NCBI GenBank assembly: GCA_963676915.2
Contig: CAXXVK010000007.1
Coordinates: 1-45,568 of the forward strand
DNA length: 45,568 nt
Reading direction: 5' to 3'
DNA from: Myxococcota bacterium
GTDB taxonomy: Bacteria > Myxococcota_A > SURF-8 > G963663525
Shown here piece by piece: positions 37,941 through 45,568 of the stretch; positions within the stretch are counted from its first letter, which is position 1; every line of letters begins with the position of its first letter. A program made the position numbers and the translations under genes. The notes beneath the pieces are model-generated. The model ran no database searches and was not told where the DNA came from. It saw only the letters and a program-made list of their open reading frames with translations.

Positions 37941-40124
37941 ATGAACGTGCGTTGGTCCGTTTCGTTTTTTTTGATTTTTCTTGGAATATTCATGGGTTTT
38001 GTAGCTTGCAGCTCGGACGATTCTCCTTCACAGTCAGCCGGGGACACTGATCTCGACCTCGGCGAGATCGAAGAAGCGGAGGAGGAGGAAGAGGTCATTG
38101 TCTTCTATCCCGAAGCGGCAGCGAAGGCTTTTCAACTATATTATAAGGAACGTGTGGAACGCTCGGTGACCGCTTACCAGCGCTACGGCATCTTCGGCGA
38201 CACAGGTTTCGGCGTCACCATCGGCAAAGCGGGTGTAGCCCGCGAAGGCAACAACCTCGAAATCGTCCCCGGTCCCAACGACAACAACATGATCGGGCTT
38301 TCGGTCTGGACCGCCTGGAACGCCTACAAAATCTTCCGCAGCCGTAAGCTGGCCTTGGGTATGGTGCGCATGTTCGATGGACTGGCCTTTATGGAATCGG
38401 TCAGCGGACACCCCGGCCTGACCGCCCGCAACGCCTATCCCGGCTGGACCTTGACCATCGATGGCGTGGCCGGAACCGCCTCCCGCAGCCGGGACGGCCA
38501 GACCGTCGTTTCACCGACTCCCATCGGCAGCGAGTTGGAAAGCGAAATCATCCACGCCTTTTTCGACGGCTTGCAGGTTACCTATCGCGAGAATCCTGCC
38601 GAGTTCATGTTCGACTACATGCCCGCCACCGAAGTCGGTCCGTACTGCGTTACGTACGGGTTCAGTATGTTGCCCGATTACATCCGTGTCAGCGACTGCT
38701 GTACCTCGCTGATGCAGACCCCGGAAGGCTACGATTGGAGTGGCGCATTCTGGAGCAATCACAATTCCCGCGACAACTTCCCCGATCTCGGTCTGGGATA
38801 CCTCGCCGCGCTGGAAGCCAGTCAAATGGACGAGTTGGACGAGGACGTGAAAGCGGCGGCGTTGCGTGCCTGGGAATCCGGCAATCGGGTTGGGGATTCG
38901 ATTCAGACTCACGAGGGAAAATTGATGACCGTGGACGAACACCACGGCTACGATACTCTGACCGTCGCCGGAAAACTCCGGCCCGACGGAGAAACCGAGA
39001 TCGAAGACCTAGGCAGCTTGTCGAGTTGCCCCATGGCATTTTTGGGACGGGCGATTTCCTCCGAAGGACTCTCGCTACCTTCTCCGGCTTTGCCGTTGCC
39101 CGGCTCGATAGAATTCATCATGGATGGGCTGTTTGACGAATGCAAAGCATCCGATTCCGTGCGGCTGTGCCAACAAATCGACGAAGCCTATTGCGGTGCG
39201 AACTGGGAAAACCTCGATCAGTTGCACTTTTTCGGGACGCCATGGTTGGAAATGGCGCAGCAGATTGAAAACGACTCTCCCGGTTCCGCCGAGAACCTGA
39301 TCGGCTCGTTCCAGGACGATTATTATGAAATGACGTTGGGCATGATGGCGCTGACTTACTACGCCAGAATCCGTAAGGATCCAGAATTATTAAGAGAAAC
39401 CCAAACGTCGGTGTTGCATCTGACCGACCTGATGCGGACGTTCGCAGATATTATCTACAAGCAGACCAAACCCGACCGCTGGAAGCGCCGCCGGTATGAA
39501 GCGGCTCTTTTCGATGCTTGGGCCGAGCGTGACCCGATTACCGAGGATTTCTACGATTTCGCCCGCGCCGAAAGCGCGGCAGCTTTTCTCGATACGTTGC
39601 TGGATTTCCAGGAAGCTTCTCCCGCCGAATTGTTGAGCGATGAAGAAATCGCCGAGAAAGTGGAAGATCGCCTTTCGGCGCGAAGCGATACGGTCAAGGC
39701 GCGGTACGAGGAAACCTATGGTTCCACCGTACCACCGCTTCGAGTCACCGAGGACGGCTATGAGGCACGTATTCATTCGCCGGAAGGAACTTCCGACTGG
39801 CAGGCGGTCGAGCGTCCGCGACACAAGGTCATCGGCGGCTTCAAGCTGCTCGAAGCCCTGCCGTTGTGCGTAACCAACCCGGAAATTCTCCATTGCGCCT
39901 GGGCGCAGTTGGGTTGCGAACGCCCCGACCTGGACGCCAGCGGGAGCGTGGATCAAACCGACCTCGACAACTTTACAAGCCTCGAAACGACGTACGCCGC
40001 CACAACCTGCAAGGACGAAAACGACTGGTGCGAAGGCGCAGACCTGGATCGTTCGGGAAGCCTGGACAGCGATGACCGAACTTTCATGGAGGCTGCGCAA
40101 GGTTGTTGGTACGAGGTGAAGTAG
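37941..40124 (+). CDS. Hypothetical lipoprotein with C-terminal dockerin/EF-hand-like duplicated Ca-binding loops
   Basis: Lipobox FVA-C; acidic linker; DLDASGSVDQTD and DLDRSGSLDSDD. Confidence 0.8.
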   Translation: MNVRWSVSFFLIFLGIFMGFVACSSDDSPSQSAGDTDLDLGEIEEAEEEEEVIVFYPEAAAKAFQLYYKERVERSVTAYQRYGIFGDTGFGVTIGKAGVAREGNNLEIVPGPNDNNMIGLSVWTAWNAYKIFRSRKLALGMVRMFDGLAFMESVSGHPGLTARNAYPGWTLTIDGVAGTASRSRDGQTVVSPTPIGSELESEIIHAFFDGLQVTYRENPAEFMFDYMPATEVGPYCVTYGFSMLPDYIRVSDCCTSLMQTPEGYDWSGAFWSNHNSRDNFPDLGLGYLAALEASQMDELDEDVKAAALRAWESGNRVGDSIQTHEGKLMTVDEHHGYDTLTVAGKLRPDGETEIEDLGSLSSCPMAFLGRAISSEGLSLPSPALPLPGSIEFIMDGLFDECKASDSVRLCQQIDEAYCGANWENLDQLHFFGTPWLEMAQQIENDSPGSAENLIGSFQDDYYEMTLGMMALTYYARIRKDPELLRETQTSVLHLTDLMRTFADIIYKQTKPDRWKRRRYEAALFDAWAERDPITEDFYDFARAESAAAFLDTLLDFQEASPAELLSDEEIAEKVEDRLSARSDTVKARYEETYGSTVPPLRVTEDGYEARIHSPEGTSDWQAVERPRHKVIGGFKLLEALPLCVTNPEILHCAWAQLGCERPDLDASGSVDQTDLDNFTSLETTYAATTCKDENDWCEGADLDRSGSLDSDDRTFMEAAQGCWYEVK

Positions 40125-40192
40125 GGACGTTTCCGGCCGTGTGAGATTTTCTTTTTGCCGGAACGAAAACTCTTACAACCTGTTGATATTGC

Positions 40193-40229
40193 AATAAAAA
40201 ACCTCTCCGTCAAGGAGAGGCTTTTTATT
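40193..40229. terminator. Bidirectional terminator between convergent genes
   Basis: AATAAAAAACCTCTCC-gtcaa-GGAGAGGCTTTTTATT. Confidence 0.8.
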
Positions 40230-40261
40230 GGGTAAGTCGCTTAGAGAGGATCTCCCGAACA

Positions 40262-41740
<1,479 letters not shown>

Positions 41741-41764
41741 TTACGCCATTCAATGTGGATTCGC

Positions 41765-41793
41765 ACCTTAATCAAAGGGACGATCAGTGTCAA
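41765..41793 (-). promoter_or_regulatory. Sigma70-like promoter of guaB
   Basis: TTGACA-17 nt-TAAGGT on the minus strand. Confidence 0.55.
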
Positions 41794-42051
41794 GAAGGAT
41801 CGATTCGTAAAGGGTACGAATTGAAAAATCATTCGGATTTCAAACGAAACCGGAATATTTGAAATGTGCCGGAATTTCTTGGGAAACAACCGGCACTACG
41901 ATTGAAACAGGCTGAAATTATTGCATAAATCAGAACTGTTGACAGCCTACTGCAAACGATGTGTATCTTCGTCTAGCACCTGCGAAGAGCGGGATTTTTC
42001 TCGTCGATTGCTCCTATAGGATTTGACACGAAACAGCACGAAACGAACCGT

Positions 42052-43317
42052 TTATTCCCGTATCTGGCCGTCCCCCATCACAACGAATTTCGAGGTGGTC
42101 AACTCCCGTAATCCCATCGGACCGAAGGCGTGGACTTTTGTTGTGGAAATTCCCATTTCGGCGCCAAGTCCCAGTTGTCCGCCGTCGTTGAATCGGGTGG
42201 AGGCGTTGACCAGCACGCAGGAGCTGTCCACCTCACGTAGAAAACGCCGGGCACGGGAATAGTTTTCGGTGACGATGCTTTCGGTATGTAGCGACGAATA
42301 CTGCCGGATGTGCTCCAGTGCTTCGTCCATAGTATCCACGACTTTCACGGCCAGTTTGAGATCCAGATATTCGGCAGGCCAGTCGGCCTCGGTGGCGGGA
42401 AGCGCTTTGGGCACAAGGTGGCAGGTGGTATCGCATCCGTGCAGTTCTACCCCGGCTTCGAAAAGTTTTTCGGCCATTTTCGGCAAAAATTCCTCGGCGA
42501 TAGGACGATCCACGAGCAGTGTTTCCAGAGCGTTGCAAACGCCGGGACGTTGCACTTTGGCGTTGAACGTCAACTCCTGCGCCATATCGAGGTTGGCTTC
42601 CCGGTCCACAAACAGGTGGCACACGCCTTTGAAATGCAGCACGACCGGCACCCGTGCGTGCTCGTCCACGAAACGGATCAGCGATTCCCCACCGCGTGGG
42701 ATCATCAGGTCGATTCCTCCCCGTGCTCGCAGCATTTCGAGCACCACGGCCCGGTCGGTGGTGTCGATGACCGTTACTGCGGCTTCGGGCAGACCGGCAT
42801 CGTGCAAGGCGGCTCGCAGGACATCTCCCAAAACTTTGTTGGAGTGTTCCGCGTCCGAACCGCCACGCAGCATGACACAGTTGCCGCTTTTCAGGCACAG
42901 CGCCGCCGTGTCGCAGACCACGTTCGGGCGGGATTCGAAGATAATGCCGATCACTCCGAGCGGAATGCGCATTCTCGACACCAGTAGTCCGTTGGGACGT
43001 CGTTTAACATCGTAAAGTTCCCCCACCGGGTCGGGAAGCTCGGCGATTTCTTCCATCGTGCAGGCCATGGCTTCGACGCGGGCTTCATCTAGCCGCAGAC
43101 GGTCCACCAGCGCTGCCGGTTTCCCTTCCTTCTCGGCCCGTTCGACATCCAGCCGGTTTTCGGTGAGTATGCGTGTCACGTTTTCGCGCAATCCCTTGGC
43201 GATGGCGGCCAACGCCTCGTTTTTTCTCGTAGAATCCAGTCTCGCCAAAGTCTCGGCGGCTTTGCGGGCTTCCTGGATACGGGGTTGCAACCATTCCTGC
43301 GCTTCGTGTTCGTTCAT
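42052..43317 (-). CDS. proA: Gamma-glutamyl phosphate reductase
   Basis: PLGVIGIIFESRPNV, LRGGSDA, CNALETLL, VNASTRFNDG..GLGAEMGIST. Start MNEHE at 43317. Confidence 0.97.
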   Translation of the reverse strand: MNEHEAQEWLQPRIQEARKAAETLARLDSTRKNEALAAIAKGLRENVTRILTENRLDVERAEKEGKPAALVDRLRLDEARVEAMACTMEEIAELPDPVGELYDVKRRPNGLLVSRMRIPLGVIGIIFESRPNVVCDTAALCLKSGNCVMLRGGSDAEHSNKVLGDVLRAALHDAGLPEAAVTVIDTTDRAVVLEMLRARGGIDLMIPRGGESLIRFVDEHARVPVVLHFKGVCHLFVDREANLDMAQELTFNAKVQRPGVCNALETLLVDRPIAEEFLPKMAEKLFEAGVELHGCDTTCHLVPKALPATEADWPAEYLDLKLAVKVVDTMDEALEHIRQYSSLHTESIVTENYSRARRFLREVDSSCVLVNASTRFNDGGQLGLGAEMGISTTKVHAFGPMGLRELTTSKFVVMGDGQIRE

Positions 43318-43336
43318 TCCATCTCTCCGTTTCTTA

Positions 43337-43439
43337 TCCCGGAACATTCATGAAGAATCTGCTACGACTTGAAAACTCTCGATCTTTCACTTGTTTCTCG
43401 ATTTTCATCCTCGACAGACCGTTTGGTATGACTGCGGGT
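43337..43439 (-). mobile_element. MITE-like family-1 copy, full length, between proB and proA
   Basis: Reverse complement reads ACCCGCAGTCATACCAAACGGTCTGTCGAGGATGAAAATCGAGAAACAAGTGAAAGATCGAGAGTTTTCAAGTCGTAGCAGATTCTTCATGAATGTTCCGGGA and aligns end to end with 10614-10716. Confidence 0.8.
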
Positions 43440-43495
43440 GAAAATCGCTCCAACTTCATGAAACCTCTTCGGTTTTCTGCGTCTCGCTACGATTC

Positions 43496-44638
43496 TCATG
43501 ACTGTTCCGGTCTATCGATCACCATATCGTCCCGGTGGACGATTTCCTCACCGAAGGTATAGCCCAGAATCGGGCGGATATCTTTCGAATGTCGCCCGGC
43601 GATGCGTGGCACATCCAGGCTTGAATAGCGCGACAAACCGCAGCCGATCACTCGACCGTCGCGGTCTTTGATTTCCACGAGCGCACCGCGTTCGAACTGG
43701 CCGACGATACCGATAACTCCGCTTGGTAACAGGGATTTTCCACGTTCCAGCAAAGCTTTGTACGCGCCCCGATCGACGATCACCCCGCCTTCCGGCTCCA
43801 ACGAGCGGGAAATCCAGCGTTTGCGGCTGATCATGCGGCTTTCGGCGGCATCCACCCAAGTGCCGCAACGGTTTCCGGCAACGAGTTGATCTAAGGTGTT
43901 GCGGTCGCCTTTGGCGATCATCGTGGGTATTCCGAAGTCGGCGGTGGTTTTGGCAGCCAGCAGTTTGGAATGCATTCCTCCCCGACCCAGCATGCCGCCT
44001 TCGCCCGCGCCATCGAGCAGTTCCTGTGTGACTTCCGAGATGTGGCTCAATGCGTGGGCGTCGTTGCAACGGTGCGGGTCGGCGTCGTAAACGGCTTCGA
44101 CATCCGTTAGCAGTACCAGCAGGTCGGCGTCGATCAGACCGGTGACGAGGGCGCTGAGGTTGTCGTTGTCGCCGAACTTGATTTCATCGACGATTACCGT
44201 ATCGTTTTCGTTGACGATAGGTACACAGCCCAGGTGAAGCAGTTTGAACAGCGATTCCCGCGCATTGAGGTAGCGCCTGCGGTCCTGAAAATCCTCACGG
44301 GTGATGAGAATCTGTGCGGCTGGCAGTTCCAAGCGGTTGAATTCACGAATGTAATGGCTCATCAGCAAGGGTTGTCCCGCTGCCGCTGAAGCCTGCTTCG
44401 TGGGAATGTCGGGCAGGGGGAGTTCCAGCTTGAGAAGGCGATAGCCCAGCGCAATCGCGCCGGAACTGACGATCGTGACCTCCACGCCCCCCTCGTTGAG
44501 TTTTCGAACGGTTTCGCACAAGGTTGCGAGAAATTCTCCGGCGATACCGCCTTCGGAATCCGTAATGGTGCTGCTGCCGATTTTTAGAACCAGCCGCTTT
44601 ATGTTCTGTAACAAATCTCCATCCATGGTGTCTTCCAT
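43496..44638 (-). CDS. proB: Glutamate 5-kinase with PUA domain
   Basis: LKIGSS, VSSGAI, AAAGQ, NENDTV..FGDND.LSA, GGM.SK, SLLPSG. Confidence 0.97.
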   Translation of the reverse strand: MEDTMDGDLLQNIKRLVLKIGSSTITDSEGGIAGEFLATLCETVRKLNEGGVEVTIVSSGAIALGYRLLKLELPLPDIPTKQASAAAGQPLLMSHYIREFNRLELPAAQILITREDFQDRRRYLNARESLFKLLHLGCVPIVNENDTVIVDEIKFGDNDNLSALVTGLIDADLLVLLTDVEAVYDADPHRCNDAHALSHISEVTQELLDGAGEGGMLGRGGMHSKLLAAKTTADFGIPTMIAKGDRNTLDQLVAGNRCGTWVDAAESRMISRKRWISRSLEPEGGVIVDRGAYKALLERGKSLLPSGVIGIVGQFERGALVEIKDRDGRVIGCGLSRYSSLDVPRIAGRHSKDIRPILGYTFGEEIVHRDDMVIDRPEQS

Positions 44639-44851
44639 GCTTGTTTTTCATCCCCCGTGGCTTTTTCGTCGCGAAACTGTCTGCAGTGTACGACGAAGCC
44701 GCAAAAAATCCAAGCAAGGAGAAACAGATTGAGAAAGCATAAAGAATTTCGATGAAAAACGATGCTTTATAGATGAAACATTGACAAACTGACGTCTGCT
44801 TATTGTACTGAAAAACGAAAATAGATTTTCAAGTTAAGAAAAGGTCGAATC

Positions 44852-45568
44852 ATGACATCCTTGCAAAAGGTTGCCGTCGTCGGGGCTGGCTCGATGGGAA
44901 TGCTGATCGGAGGTCGGCTTGCAGCAGTGGGCTGCGACGTAACTTTGATCGGGCGCAATTCGCGAAGTTTCGAAGGCTGGCCTTCGAAAACACTCAAGAT
45001 CGTGCGGGAAAGCCAAGAGATTCTTACCTCGGTCGAAACAGCCTGGGAGATGTCCGATGTGTCGCCGTTCGATCTGGCGCTGTTGATGGTCAAAACGCCG
45101 GATACACGGTCGGCTATCGAAGCGCATAGCAGCTTGTTCGCACGGGCAGGCGTGACTTTGACTTTGCAAAACGGTGCGGGAAACCTGGAAGCCTTGGCCG
45201 AGGTCGTGGAGTCCGAGCGCCTGATGGGAGGGAGCACCACTCATGGGGCGTATCGTCTTGGGTCGGGGGAAGTCTGCCACGCCGGTGAGGGTGACACCGT
45301 GGTGGGTCCGATGGCGGAACAGAGCGCCGATGCCCGCCGACGTGCCGAAGCCGTGGCCGAGTTGCTGACCCGTGCCGGGTTGGTGACTGTCGTTCACGAA
45401 CGTATTCAGGAAGTGATCTGGACCAAGCTCGCCGTCAATGCCGGAATCAATCCCTTTTGCGGGCTGTTGGAAGTGAAAAACGGTGTATTGGCTCAACACG
45501 AACAGACCCTCGAACTCAGTCGCGAGGCGGCCGCCGAAACCGTTGCAGTAGCTAATCGGCTAGGGTAT
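44852..45568 (+). CDS. panE: 2-dehydropantoate 2-reductase (partial, runs off the window)
   Basis: Hand translation: MTSLQKVAVVGAGSMG..., VK, LTLQNG.G, IWTKLAVNAGINP. Not in the ORF track because there is no stop codon in the window. Confidence 0.9.
   Translation, partial: MTSLQKVAVVGAGSMGMLIGGRLAAVGCDVTLIGRNSRSFEGWPSKTLKIVRESQEILTSVETAWEMSDVSPFDLALLMVKTPDTRSAIEAHSSLFARAGVTLTLQNGAGNLEALAEVVESERLMGGSTTHGAYRLGSGEVCHAGEGDTVVGPMAEQSADARRRAEAVAELLTRAGLVTVVHERIQEVIWTKLAVNAGINPFCGLLEVKNGVLAQHEQTLELSREAAAETVAVANRLGY

Noticed and set aside
43318-43347. proA start at 43347 from the ORF track
   Set aside because: That ATG lies in the MITE end; ATG 43317 has a GGAG RBS and gives the normal length.

Overview
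Bacterial chromosomal window of about 55-58% GC in the coding regions (estimated by eye). A deltaproteobacterial/Myxococcota-like origin is inferred from a MYXO-CTERM-like sorting signal and many Cys-rich acidic lipoproteins. Housekeeping genes: era, der, coaE, mltG, ruvX, htpX, guaB, proA, proB, partial panE, a MATE transporter, a parvulin PPIase and an HhH-GPD glycosylase. The left end holds an inositol cluster (ino1, an IPCT-like nucleotidyltransferase and a partial GT4 glycosyltransferase). A 17-kb block (23.3-40.1 kb) encodes four very large lipoproteins. One of these carries an N-terminal lipobox, an internal MYXO-CTERM-like signal and a second lipoprotein signal immediately after it, making it a candidate polyprotein. 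Intergenic DNA is rich in small repeats: a ~105-bp MITE-like family (5 copies, one nested in a second element), GTAG-type REP-like hairpins, and a 66-bp direct repeat of paired hairpins flanking a low-GC orphan gene. Several conserved genes have single-base frameshifts in short homopolymers, probably sequencing or assembly errors. No rRNA, tRNA, CRISPR array, integrase or transposase was recognised.
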